DNA from: Macrostomum lignano | Lineage: Eukaryota | Direction: 5' to 3' | Length of the DNA: 64,000 nt | Assembly (NCBI GenBank): GCA_002269645.1 | Contig: NIVC01003641.1 | Span: forward strand, 1-64,000 | Part shown: piece after piece, positions 49,745 to 63,020 of the stretch | How positions within the stretch are numbered: the stretch's first letter is position 1 | How the letters are laid out: every line of letters begins with the position of its first letter | The notes under the pieces: model-generated | Seen by the model: only the letters and a program-made list of their open reading frames with translations | What the model was told of the DNA's origin: nothing | The model's database searches: none | Position numbers and translations under genes: made by a program

Positions 49745-51309
49745 CGTTATTAATGCTGCTGAGTTTTATTAACGGTTAACTAGCAGTTACTATAACAACT
49801 GGATAGTTGCTTTGTAGCTGTATATAAGCTTGGTATGTGTTGCTCTACTTAATTTGGTTCAGTAGCAAGAAAGAATTCGTGAGCTATTTTTTAGAAAAGA
49901 ATGATAGTTTTGGGGTCCTGACTTGCAGGCGTACACAAAACCACAGGCTTATTGGTGCAAACCTCAATTAATGTACCTTAGCCAGCCCCACTGTGACTGT
50001 ACATCGTGACAGTTTTAGGCTCGAACACCGGGGAAGGCAATAAAATTTGGGGGGTAGAGATTTTGTGCCGAAAGACGCGGTGGGGGGGTTAAGCTCGGGG
50101 GCATGAGGAGCGACTTAGAGTCTTGGCCTTTAATTAAAATGCTTCGATATTTGACTTTCTACTGACAGTAGATTATACGCAAATTCGATAGCCGCTGGGT
50201 TTTTGTTATTATAGTATCTTCTATGTTCAATAACTATATTTTATTTATAGCGCTGCTCGAAACCAATTAAAAAAATAAGAATAAACACAATCTTACCAAC
50301 ATGTTTTTCGTTTGATTCTGTGAGCAAAAAAACATTTGTGCAATTCTACATTTTCACGATATACATTGTATTTCATGGTTGTTAATCATTATTTTTCTGA
50401 CACCTCGACCGGCCTTCGTTAGAAAAAAATAATTTTTATAGCTCTTTAGTAAGACTCGAATAAGCACAGCGCATGGCAACACACCGGACAATAGAATTAA
50501 TTGAGTTGGTCAGTCAAAGAATACATGTCAGCGGGGATCAGCTGGGATTTGGGCGGGCAAAGATGGACACGACAGCAGCTGCAGTAGGACTGCTAGGCAC
50601 AGCAACTAAAAGCAAGGAGCGAGGGCTAAAGCACAACATGTGACCACTGCAGGACATTGAGTCTCTCCGGACGAAAGTCTTCAAATTTATGAAAATAAAA
50701 TATTTGCAGTCCTAATTTCGTTTAACAAAAAAGCATTGGGAATTTTTCATCTGGTGTGTTGTACACATGCTTGACGATTAAAAAGTCGGGGCTGCTGTAC
50801 ACTCAGTCCATATTGGTGTTTAAAGAACAGAAAATTTCGCACCCCAACAGAGAATTAACTTTGAAGTGCGGAAGCGCCTGCTCGTATTTTGCTACTTCGG
50901 CAGGGACAACACAACATGCACAAATCGTCTTGGACTGCAACTCTAAAATACAGAAAATAACACAGACAGTTAAACAAAAACAAATCAAATTAGTTTGCTT
51001 GAGACCAAAACAGAAAAGAGTAGAATCTTGTTAAAATTTTTAAAGGCTGCCAAGAAAGTTCTCCCTAAATTAAAATCAACGCATTTTTGCAATAATTAAT
51101 AAGCAAAACAAAACTGAATCGGGTTTGCACGCACAAAGTAAGTCGCAGATTCGATCATTTGTGAGTACAGTGAGTTTACTATAACAACACAACTGACACG
51201 CGTATGACCTTTTTAAGTACTGTATGACCTTTTGTACAGATCCCTCTACGTAGTGGTCTACCTTTCTTAATCAGTAGCCTCCATCGTTTGTTCATTAGCC
51301 AAACTGATA

Positions 51310-52030
51310 TCTGCCTCTATCACACAGTGCAGTCTGCCTCTATCACACAGTGCAGTCTGCCTCTATCACACAGTGCAGTCTGCCTCTATCACACAGTGCA
51401 GTCTGCCTCTATCACACAGTGCAGTCTGCCTCTATCACACAGTGCAGTCTGCCTCTATCACACAGTGCAGTCTGCCTCTATCACACAGTGCAGTCTGCCT
51501 TTATCACACAGTGCAGTCTGCCTCTATCACACAGTGCAGTCTGCCTCTATCACACAGTGCAGTCTGCCTCTATCACACAGTGCAGTCTGCCTCTATCACA
51601 CAGTGCAGTCTGCCTCTATCACACAGTGCAGTCTGCCTCCATCACACAGTGCAGTCTGCCTCTATCACACAGTGCAGTCTGCCTCTATCACACAGTGCAG
51701 TCTGCCTCTATCACACAGTGCAGTCTGCCTCTATCACACAGTGCAGTCTGCCTCTATCACACAGTGCAGTCTGCCTCTATCACACAGTGCAGTCTGCCTC
51801 TATCACACAGTGCAGTCTGCCTCTATCACACAGTGCAGTCTGCCTCTATCACACAGTGCAGTCTGCCTCTATCACACAGTGCAGTCTGCCTCTATCACAC
51901 AGTGCAGTCTGCCTCTATCACACAGTGCAGTCTGCCTCTATCACACAGTGCAGTCTGCCTCTATTACACACAGTGCAATCTGCCTCTATCACACACAGTG
52001 CAATCTGCCTCTATCACAGTGCAATCTGCC
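51310..52030. repeat. 23-bp minisatellite (CTGCCTCTATCACACAGTGCAGT)n just downstream of the PTP stop codon
   Basis: Visible period, about 31 copies. Confidence 0.96.
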
Positions 52031-52060
52031 ATTCAGACTGCAGTCTCCGCGGGCCCGCCC

Positions 52061-55000
52061 TCACCGGTCGGCAGTGGCCAGCCGAGTCAGGGCAAAGTGG
52101 CGCAACGCGGTGTGCAGAAACTCGTACTGCTCGTGCGACTGCACCATCCCGCCGCGGTCCAGTCGCAGGCGGCAGAGCGTTGCCAAGCAGTCGCAGGCGC
52201 CTGTGTCCAGCAGCTGGCGGATGCAGATGCACAGGGCGCAGAAGGCGCCGGTACGGCCCAGGCCGGCGCTGCAGTGAACCACCAGCAGGCCGGGCAACGA
52301 CACGGACCGCTCTGCCAGGGGCAGCAGGGAGACAGCCGAATCGGGCGATGTGTGATCGGGCCAGCTGCGGAACCACAGGTGCTCAACCAGCAGGGGCTCA
52401 CCGCTGCTCGGCTGCTCAGAGTGCTGTGGGCGGAACCGTCAGTATTGTCGGTTAAAATAGGGTATACAAATGCTTGTCAACTACTGATAGTAACTGTAAA
52501 TGCAGATTATCTAGATAGCGGATAAGTTTCACCCATCACAATCCAGCTAGCAGAGAGTACTCCCTATCGCTTCGTCTCACATCAAGTCGCAAGAGTCGCC
52601 GTTGAAATCCCTGCTCGCCGTTGTCCAATTCAAGCAGCTCGGCGCTCACCCGGCCGTGCCTCATCCGGTCGCCAACGTGCAGTGGAAAGTACAGCTCGCA
52701 CTTTGGCCTGTCCCGCTCTACCAGGTCTGTGAGCATGACGATAGCGCTGGGCCGCTGCTCCCAGATCATCTGCCAGAAGTCGGCTAGGGTCTCGGCCAGT
52801 GGGCCCTGCAGTTGGCGGTAAATTAATCATGCAGTCTCCCTCACCATCCATCATGCAGTCTCCCTCACCATCCATCATGCAGTCTCCCTCACCATCCATC
52901 ATGCAGTCTCCCTCACCATCCATCATGCAGTCTCCCTCACCATCCATCATGCAGTCTCCCTCACCATCCATCATGCAGTCTCCCTCACAATCCATCATGC
53001 AGTCTCCCTCACCATCCATCATGCAGTCTCCCTCACCATCCATCATGCAGTCTCCCTCACCATCCATCATGCAGTCTCCCTCACCATCCATGATGCAGTC
53101 TCCCTCACAATCCATCATGCAGTCTCCCTCACCATCCATCATGCAGTCTCCCTCATCTTACATCATGTAGCCTATCTCACCTTTCGTCATGTAGCCTACA
53201 TTAACTTCCATCATGTAACCTACCTCACCTTCCTTCATGTAGCCTACCTCCCCTTCCTTCATGTAGCCTACCTCCCCTTTCGTCATGTAGCCTACATTAA
53301 CTTCCATCATGTAACCTACCTCACCTTCCTTCATGTAGCCTACCTCCCCTTCCTTCATGTAGCCTACCTCCCCTTCCTTCATGTAGCCTACCTCCCCTTC
53401 CTTCATGTAGCCTACCTCCCCTTCCGTCATGTAGCCTACCTCCCCTTCCTTCATGTAGCCTACCTCCCCTTCCGTCATGTAGCCTACCTCCCCTTCCTTC
53501 ATGTAGCCTACCTCACCTTCCATCATGTAGCCTACCTCCCCTTCCTTCATGTAGCCTACCTCACCTTCCATCATGTAGCCTACCTCCCCTTCCTTCATGT
53601 AGCCTAACTCCCCTTCCTTCATGTAGCCTACCTCCCCTTCCTTCATGTAGCCTAACTCCCCTTCCTTCATGTAGCCTACCTCCCCTTCCATCATGTAGCC
53701 TACCTCCCCTTCCTTCATGTAGCCTACCTCCCCTTCCTTCATGTAGCCTACCTCCCCTTCCGTCATGTAGCCTACCTCACCTTCCATCATGTAGCCTACC
53801 TCCCCTTCCGTCATGTAGCCTACCTCCCCTTCCGTCATGTAGCCTACCTCCCCTTCCATCATGTAGCCTACCTCACCTTCCATCATGTAGCCTACCTCAC
53901 CTTCCATCATGTAGCCTACCTCAACTTCCATCATGTAGCCAGCCTACCTCCCCTTCCATCATGTATAGCCTACCACACCTGGTAAGTAGCTTACAACCCA
54001 GTAATTGAACTATTGCCTCAAAATCCCCCTATTATACCAAGCCGAAGCAAAGGTGATTAAGATAATCCGGAGGCAAGTCAATTACCCAAGCAATCAGCCT
54101 TACCTGAGTGGCGATAAAGCGCCGCTCAGCCAGACCGGCTCCGCGCACGAAATTCGCATTGATGTAGCCGCCATCGTCTAGCGCCACTCTGGTGGCCGCA
54201 TTCGGCACGATGCTGGCGTAGCGATTCTTCGCTACCGCGCCCGCCTCCGGCAGCTCCTCGCGTCCGGCGTGGTGCATCGGCACCGACCAGAATTCGCGGA
54301 ATAGTCGAGCCTGAGGACTGCCGACAGGGTCCAGCAGATCTGAGGTTCGCAGTGGCTGACTAAGCGATCTGTAGTGTGAGGGTTGGTCGTGTTACTGGCT
54401 TGCGACTGTGTCTGTGATCTGAATCCGTGCTTGTTGACTGTGTCTGTGGTCTGAATCCGTGCTTGTTGACTGTATCTGTGGTCTGAATCCGTGATTGTTG
54501 ACTGTGTCTGTGGTCTGAATCCGTGCTTGTTGACTGTGTCTGTGGTCTGAATCCGTGCTTGTTGACTGTGTCTGTGGTCTGAATCCGTGATTGTTGACTG
54601 TGTCTGTGGTCTGAATCCGTGCTTGTTGACTGTGTCTGTGGTCTGAATCCGTGATTGTTGACTGTGTCTGTGGTCTGAATCCGTGATTGTTGACTGTGTC
54701 TGTGGTCTGAATCCGTGCTTGTTGACTGTGTCTGTGGTCTGAATCCGTGCTTGTTGACTGTGTCTGTGGTCTGAATCCGTGCTTGTTGACTGTGTCTGTG
54801 GTCTGTCTCCGAGCTTGTCCCTTATGACTGTGTGTATGTAAGTTTACACGCTCGTATGGTTTTCCTATCCCGTTAGCAAGCAATGAAACTTTAAAGCCAG
54901 ATCGCAAGCTGAGCCTGAAATGAAAGCCGACTCACTCTAGCAGACTTCGCTCTTTGTCCTGATCCGGCGTGTTGGCCTCCTGGCGGAGGGCTTCGCAACT

Positions 55001-57335
55001 GGGGCTGAGCGAGATGGTCAGACTGGCTGATGAGCCCCGACGGGAGCCCAGCAAGCCGAGGCCGGCCTGGCGACGACCGTTGCTGCCCTGCCGACTTGCT
55101 GGTCGGTGTTGCTGTGCCAATGGTTTCTGCTGCAGCTGCTGCGGCTGCTGCTGCCTGAGCTGAGGCGACTGGCACAGCGGCGACGAGGCCGCTGAGTAAG
55201 ACGAAATCGACGCCGACGAGGAGGCCGCTGCCGAGTTCGGCTGCACCCGCCGCTGAACGAAGCTGGGCGTCGCCAATGGCGGAAAGCTGGCGCTGAGACC
55301 GCCGACTGCGCTGACTGCGCCGACATTGGCGTCGCTGCCAGCGCTGGCATCGGTGCCGCTGCACTCGGGCTTGTCTCCACGCAGTCGGCGATGGCAGCAC
55401 CACTGGGGGCGGGACAGACGGGGCGGCGATTTGTTGTCAGAGGGCGGCTGCATAAGCAACTCGGGGAATTTTATCAGGCAGGCGAAGTGGCGGGCAACCT
55501 GAGACTTATATAGAGGAAACCTGAGCAGCCAATCGAGATGGATTAGGGTAAGATGTGAAAACATGGTGGCCAGCTTTGCTAATCCCTGCAGATTGATAGT
55601 TGGAATCGAATATCTACATGTCATTTACTGTGTTTGTCTCCTAGACTCTGCATCCGCTAGTTCGTAAACACTGGATCAGAGTTCTTCATCTGCAGAGCGA
55701 CAAAATCTGTATTAGACAAAGAATTGACTGCTTGGATAGACTCACACTCATTAACCGTCAGTTACCAGTTTCAGCGGCGTATTGCGGACCTTTTACGATT
55801 GACCCAAATGTTGCCATGGTCAGTGCTGACTCACTCAGCTCATTTAGTGCCCAGTTTCAGAATTTATGACTAAATATCCTGTCCTGCTCTCTTCTGGCCT
55901 TGCAGTACAACTAAACTGAGCGAAAGCAGCCAGTGGAACTAACTAATGCACGATTGCAGTGGTGTGCAGGACCCCAAATGCAATTCAACACGATCCGTTG
56001 GCATAGAAAGAAAGCATGCAGCAGACAAAAAGCGACTGAAACTTGAGCCGAGCTGGTTGGTTGTGACAACACCGGACTCGGGGAACCGTTAGCGGAGGTC
56101 TGAATGAATCACTATGGGTGATGAGCGAGCACCTTTGCGGCTGCATTTTTTCGGCTGGGCTTCCTGTACCTAATCATACTACCTAACATAAGTAGTAATA
56201 GTAGTTTTTGTATCGTGTTTTTCTTTGCACTGAACTGCAAAACTAAAAATGTTTGAATTTTCACGAGCAACTAGAGTATTGTAAAAATTCACACAGACGC
56301 AGCGAACCTACACAAAGGGTTCTTTTTCAGGTTATAAACGATGCTCCTTGCTGTAGTATTACCCTCTATGACCCTGGGACTATGAACCCCATGAGTATGG
56401 AACTATGACTCCACATGATTGTGGGACTATGACTCTCCATTATTGTGGGACTATGACTTTCTATTACTGTGAGGACTATGACCCCCAATGACTGTGGGAC
56501 TATGACTCTATGATTTTGGGACTATGACACCCAATGACTGTGGGACTATGACCTCCAATGACTGTGGGACTATGACTCCCCAATGACTGTGGGACTATGA
56601 CCCCCAGTGACTGTGGGACTATGACCTCCAATGACTGTGGGACTATGACCTCCAATGACTGTGGGACTATGACCACCAATGGCTGTGGGACTATGACTCT
56701 ATGATTTTGGGACTATGACACCCAATGACTGTGGGACAATGACCACCAATGACTGAGGGACTATGACCCCCCAATGACTGTGGGACTATGACCTCCAATG
56801 ACTGTGGGACTATGACCACCAATGGCTGTGGGACTATGACTCTATGATTTTGGGACTATGACACCCAATGACTGTGGGACAATGACCACCAATGACTGAG
56901 GGACTATGACCCCCCAATGACTGTGGGACTATGACCCCCCAATGACTGTGGGACTATGACCCCCAATAACTGTGGGACTATGACTCCCCAATGACTGTGG
57001 GACTATGACTCCCCAATGACTGTGGGACTATGACCACCAATGACTGTGGGACTATGCGACCCTCAGCACCTAGGAACAGTGACCTTGCAAGCGCAATGAC
57101 AAAGAACTCACAATCAGCAGCAGAACCAGCAGCAGAAGCAGGACGGCGCCAAGGCCAGCAACCAGCGGGATCAGCCAGCCCGGTGCCACGGGGACGTCGG
57201 TGACATCGCCGGAGTTGGCGGCAGGAGACTCCGGCACACGCATCGGCCGGCCTCGCTGTTGCCTCCTCTGGCCAACAACTTCAACTCAGCGTCCGAGCAG
57301 CGTCCGACTGTCCTGAGGGTTGAGCCGCCTCTGCG
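52061..57335 (-). CDS. PTPRR: KIM-containing protein tyrosine phosphatase (PTPRR/PTPN5-STEP/PTPN7, PTP-ER-like) with a transmembrane segment
   Basis: Exons (minus): about 57112-57335 (TM WLIPLVAGLGAVLLLLLVLLLI), 54936-55447 (KIM LLGSRRGSSASLTISL), 54104-54368 (KNRYASIVPN, YINAN, FIATQ), 52581-52805 (GPLAETLADFWQMIWEQ) and 52061-52423 (WPDH, VHCSAGLGRTG, MVQSHEQY). The 5' end is uncertain. Confidence 0.87.
52828..53965. repeat. Two adjacent related 24-bp arrays (CATCATGCAGTCTCCCTCACCATC)n and (CATGTAGCCTACCTCCCCTTCCTT)n in PTP intron
   Basis: 24-bp period; the unit switches at about 53155. Confidence 0.95.
54405..54805. repeat. 32-bp minisatellite (GTTGACTGTGTCTGTGGTCTGAATCCGTGCTT)n
   Basis: Visible period. 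Confidence 0.95.
56365..57057. repeat. About 24-bp minisatellite (ACTGTGGGACTATGACCCCCAATG)n
   Basis: Visible period, diverging toward the left end. Confidence 0.93.
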
Positions 57336-59387
57336 AGTTGATGGATAGCAACAGGCAGGTGTTTTCACATTTCACACACACAATATCAATGCGCTGCAGG
57401 CTTGGAATGCGCCAGCGGAAATGCAACTGGGGGGGGGGACTCCGTGCGGTAAAAACTTTTCAATGCTTGAGCGAGTCTGTCTCCCCTGCTCCAACTCACT
57501 CTCAGAGCTGTTTCTGTTCCTTGTTTCTCTAAGCTATCCAAAAAAGGACTTTCCGCTCCACGCTGTTCCCTTCCCCCCCCCCTTGCTCCGCTCTTCCTCA
57601 CCTCAACACGCCGTGGAGCTCCATTGAGCTCCTCTCGCCTGCCTTGCCCAAGCCTAGATTAGCAGCGTACGGAGGGAAAGGAAGGGTAAGGGGGGGGGGG
57701 CAAGGACGCGCATGGGGACGGAGAAGGAGAACTGATCGCTCTCACCCACTCATCAGCCCCGGACAAAGAGATTGTAGGGTGGAGTTTTTTTGTGAATGAA
57801 AATTTAACCAACCGACCTGCTCCCCGGCCTTGCTCTCCAGTTTTTCTGGTACTCTCTACCCTTCACCCCCCCCCCCCCCGGTTCATTCAGTCCCGTCCCA
57901 CGCACCCAGCCTAACCCGCCTCCCCGTAAGGCGAGAGAGCGAGGGAGCGAAAGCGATAGGTTCCGCGCACTTTGAGCAGGCCAGACGCGTACACACTGAC
58001 GGAGCCCGCAAACCGCGTCCACCCTCATTCCCCCATAGCTGCCGAGCTGCCCAGCGCCTCTCGTTCCCAGCAGTTTCTCATTGATGAGGGCCGAAAGCTG
58101 CGTAGGCGGGGGGGCTCTCCAATGGCCTCAACTCACGGGGGAGGCGTGGGAGGGCACCGGACGCGCCAGGATGAAGCAAATGAAAACAGACTCCCACGCC
58201 GGCAGAGTCACATGTGGGACCGATCTGATTCCGCGCGAACTCTAACCGACAAGCAGGGAAGGAAGGGGAGCTCACGGCACAGCCCAAACAACAATACTGA
58301 ATAGAAGTTCCGATGAGTATTTAATACTCTCTGCTAGCATAATAGCACAATGTTTACAGGCGACTCTTGTTACCGTCCTGCCCTCTTTTGAGATGGTTAA
58401 CTCACGTGGTGCACTTTATTTTATGCGTCAACATATTGACTCTACACTCGCGCGTACATGTATGTACTATATTGTTAGAGGGCCTGAAATTATTTACACA
58501 GCTCCGTGGACTTATAAAATTGCCAATTCAATCCAAGCTGTACAATATTGGCCAAATCAATGCTTGAGAAGGGGGGAGTGGCCCACTCAGCTTCCCCATG
58601 CATCGGGTGTTTCTACGGGGGGAGCCCAGCAGATCATCTTGGACGGGTGTGGCGGCCTCAGAGCCCAACTAGAAGCCTCTCGTCCTTGGATGAAGGGAGT
58701 GGCTGCCCGGTGTTAGGCTTTGCAATCTCCGTGCGTTTGCAGTCTCCGGTCGGGGCTGCTAAAAGTCCATTGTGGGCTCTGCAGAGACAGCTTAAACTCG
58801 TAATATCTGAGTAGTCAAATAGCCGCCCACGCCTGTCTGTTGCATTATTAATTGCTAATTGAAATATGTCATCTCTCATCCATAATTTCATATTGTCATG
58901 ACTGATGTCTGAGTCAGTCAGTCTTATATGTACATGTAATTCCCACGCCACCCGCCAATTAAACCTGGGTATTGAGCCCGCTAAATTTGAGCTGCAGTAA
59001 ACTCCATTACTAATGCACTCTGGGATTGATACCTGCTTTATGCTCATAGAAATGCAGAAAGCATAAATTTATTAGTACAATTCTGCTATACTGTGCACTA
59101 GAAACTGTTGGGGCGGTTTTATATCTCATCATCTAATCCCTGAAATAGAAAATTACGGCCTAAAATTAGTCAAAATTGCTTTTCAAACGCGCATATTCTG
59201 TTCAAGCAACTTTCAGACAGGAAATCACTATCTGGCCTGATTTCTTCAAATCCTCAGAAATCATAATTGAGTCGGACTAAAAGCTCGAGGGTACCTGTTA
59301 TCAACTTAAGCCACTCACTCACTGACTGAGACTGAGAATTACATTATATTCCATTCTAGAGACATTTCCCATATTATTCTCACTGCT

Positions 59388-60065
59388 GTAGCACCAGGGG
59401 CTTTAGCACCAGGGCTTTAGCATCAGGGCTTTAGCACCAGGGGCTTTAGCACCAGGAGCGCCAGCACCAGGGGCTTTAGCACCAGGAACGCCAGCACAAG
59501 GAGCACCAGCACCAGGGGCTTTAGCACCAGGACTTTAGCACTAGGGGCTTTAGCACCAGGGGCTTTAGCAACAGGGGCGCGCCAGCACCAGGGGCTTTAG
59601 CACCAGGAGCGCCAGCACCAGGGGCTTTAGCACCAGGAACGCCAGCACCAGGGCTTAGCACCAGGGCTTTAGCACCAGGGGCTTTAGCACAAGGAGCGCC
59701 AGCACCAGGGGCTTTAGCACCAGGAACGCCAGCACCAGGAGCACCAGCACCAGGGGCTTTAGCAAGAGCACCAGCACCAGGGGCTTTAGCACCAGGAGCA
59801 CCAGCACCAGGGGCTTTAGCACCAGGACTTTAGCGCTAGGGGCTTTAGCACCAGGACTTTAGCACCAGGGGCTTTAGCAACAGGGGCGCGCCAGCACCAG
59901 GGGCTTTAGCACCAGGAGCGCCAGCACCAGGGGCTTTAGCACCAGGAACGCCAGCACCAGGAGCACCAGCACCAGGGGCTTTAGCACCAGGACTTTAGCA
60001 CCAGGGGCTTTAGCAACAGGGGCGCGCCAGCACCAGGGGCTTTAGCACCAGGGGCGCGCCAGCAC
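59388..60065. repeat. About 15-bp minisatellite (AGCACCAGGGGCTTT / AGCACCAGGAGCGCC)n
   Basis: Two interleaved unit types. Confidence 0.93.
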
Positions 60066-61299
60066 AAAATTGAGCAAATCAGGCACTCACCCAGCAGTCT
60101 TCAACACGCAGCGAAACGAGATGTCGTAGAATATATATTTACGAGTATATTTAATAGTCGATAATTCCCAAAGCTAGCTTGCTCAAATCTGAAGAAGTCA
60201 TTACTGTAGAGAAAAATATCAGAAAAAACTAACATGTAGCAACGGCTGAAACAGCCACGAGGAGAGTGTCAGCTCAGTGCCAATAAACGGGGGACCAGCT
60301 ATGAAGATAAGCCGAAACAGCTTATTTCCGAAGATAAGTAGTGCTCGCCACCAAAATGCAATTCGTGCTAATCTATAAGAACTGCAGTTGGCAAAGGGTT
60401 TGGCCAGTCACATTTCGATTAGGGCAAGCTTTGGCCAATGGGATTGATTTAACAGAAATTGCTGTAAAAAGCGTTATAAACTCGGTGGCGTGAGAAAAAC
60501 AGTGCAGAGTGCAGCCTGTAGGCCGCGCGGAAGCTGACCAGCCTAAACTGTGCTAGCAATTATTCGACTTTACATTTGGTTAACTGTTCTGTTCTGGAAG
60601 TGAACCTGATGAACTTTGGACTATGCTCCTCCCACGCGCTAGCGAAATGATAAAAAATATGTACTTCCTTCGACCCCCCAGTACAATGGATTTTACGCAA
60701 GCATATCACGACGCTTTTTCATTTAACAGACAAACTTTAAGCATACTACTAGTAGTAGCTGAATAGTAGTACAATTAGAAGATTTGCGTTAACAATCCAC
60801 AAGGCAATTAAGTAAAAGCAGAAACTTCACTAACTAGACCAGGGGTCGGAAAACTCCACAATAGCAATCCGGCCCGCTTGTGTCTTCTCAGCTCTCTTCT
60901 TTCATCTCTCATCTTATCTATCCTCTTCTACGCTTCGTATTCTCTCATCTCCTCTTTCCTGTTCTTTCTCCTCTCTTCCCTCTGCTTTCCTCTCTCACCT
61001 GGCCCGCAGGCATGAGCTGGATTATTTCTCTGGCCCTCAAGGTAAAAAGGTTTGCCGACCCCAGATTTAAACAATCAGTTTGGCATTAACTACAGAACTA
61101 GTAAGCTGTAGCAAGACAGCTGCCTGGATATTGGGGTTAGGATTAGGGTTGATGTGCAGGCAGTTATCGTGGAGGCAGTAGTAGTGCAGGCAGTTGTCTT
61201 GCAGGTAGTTGTGCGCAGGTAATTGTCGTAGAACGCACTATAGCAATCATTAAAAACAACAAGATGTCAAGAAAAACTAGGGCAGCGTCACAGGGCGGC

Positions 61300-62100
61300 T
61301 TGGGGCCTGGGCGCGAACGAAGGTCACGCCGCCGACCAAATCCGGGTCGCCAGCGCCTGCCTGGACGCAGTTGACGAAGCGCTGCGAGTGCATGCTTGTC
61401 ACCGCCGTAGCTGGCTGCCTGAAGCGCCAGCAGCAGCAGCACATCTCCTGCACCATCTGTGGACAGTGCGACTCGGCGCAGTTGATGTGGCTTTCTAACT
61501 GGAGTCTCCGACGGTGCAACAGGTCACTTGGACGGGACCAGGACAGTGTGGCGATACAGCGTGCCGCGTTGGTGACTCACTCTTCGCCGATCTCACTCGT
61601 GGCGCAGCAGTTCAGCATGCGCCGCATCAACTTGCTGTTCGAGCGAGTTCTGCCAGCGTTCAGGTCTCGGCGTTGTAAATCAGGACGGTCTCGACCACCG
61701 TCTGGAGTAACGCCAGCATCTGGCGGTCAGATACGGCCTTGGACTGCAGGACAGCCAGCCCTTACAGAACGAATACCGTGGACGTCGGAAACCAAACCGT
61801 CGAGGTAGACGAACTGCAACTTCATGTCGTCCGGCAAAATGGTCTTCTGAGTGTTGACCACCAGGCTGACACTCGCTGCAACAGCAACCAGACTGTACAG
61901 CTTCACTAGGACGGTTGAGGACAACAGGGCGCAATCGTCGACGTAGCCAAACACGCTGAGCCGCCTCCTCTCCAGATAGCGTCGACCCACGCGTCGTGGC
62001 AGCAGAAAGCCGTTGTCGTTGGTAAGAAGAGCAGTCCCCAGCCCCTAGCCAAGCGGCACAACAAACAGGAACGGCGCTGGCCCATCTACCTGAAGCCCGC
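61300..62100 (-). mobile_element. Decayed RTE-like non-LTR retrotransposon, reverse transcriptase fragment
   Basis: The minus strand encodes APFLFVV...GFLLPRRVGRRY.ERRRLSVFGYVDDCALL...LVVNTQKT...FVYL, corresponding to RT motifs including YxDD. It contains stops and frameshifts. Confidence 0.8.
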
Positions 62101-62249
62101 AGAGAATAAAGTTCCCTAATTGTGTGAAACTGTGTAGAATTAGTCCATTAGTACACGTACACGCGTTTATTGTTAGGTCTTCAAACACGCTCGTACCACA
62201 GAATATCCTGTTTCAAATAAATATGGCATGGATATAACGCGGTCCGGAT

Positions 62250-63020
62250 CACGTGACCTACAAGAGTTACATGCAATCAGAGTCGCCACCGAAGCTGGAA
62301 TGCTGCGCACGCACTGCTCGCCGTCAGCGCCTTCGCCATGGAGCTATTCTCGTACAATCAACGAGGCTGGGGGAAGGAGATTACCCTCCACTCAGACAGC
62401 CAAGCGACGATCCACGCCCTTAAGCGCATCACCACCTGCTCACGTACAGTTCTCGACTGCATCGCGTAGCGTAACCGCTTAGGCGCCTCCAACTAGGTGT
62501 CTCTAAGATGGATCCCCGGGCAGTTGGGCCACCCCGGCAACGAGTCAGCCGATGGCCTGGCCAAGGCTGGCTCGATCGGGTCTTTTAATGATTCCTTTGC
62601 CTATGTCCCCCACCCCCACCAGCCGTTGTCACGACTCGTATTAACCAGTGGGTGGCATCTAAGCACAGAAAGGTGGGATAACGCCCCCGACTGCCGGCAA
62701 TCGCGCGCGACTGTCGCCTGTTCCTCACCCGACCTCCGCAGGGCCCTGCTTAGACTCAACTGCAGGGACATCAGGGCGGTAACCATGGCCCTCTCAAGCA
62801 ATGGCTGTTTTGCAAAGCAGGGAAAAACCCAGGGAAAAATCCGCATTAATGAATGCCTCCTCTGCCTCTCCGGTGTTCAGAATGCGGAGCACTTTGTAAA
62901 TGCTCCGCCTTTACTCAGGACAGGTCCAAACCCGGACCGTTTTGTCAGTTTCAGGCTCGAGAATTTCTGCCAGCTCGTCCGCTACCTTAGGGCAACCGGG
63001 CGAGCGACCATCCACCTCCT
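62250..63020 (+). mobile_element. Decayed non-LTR retrotransposon RNase H plus C-terminal Cys/His region
   Basis: QELHAIRVA, ITLHSDSQATIHAL, VSLRWIPGQLGHPGNESADGLAKAG (RNase H catalytic motifs) and CLLC...AEHF; contains in-frame stops. Confidence 0.82.

Noticed and set aside
51288-52525. Plus-strand 329-391 aa ORFs
   Set aside because: They combine the 23-bp repeat with antisense of the last PTP exon.
52630-53934. MMEGEVGY and MMDGEGDC repeat proteins
   Set aside because: They are intronic 24-bp arrays; the PTP exons splice across them in phase (ATQ|GPL).
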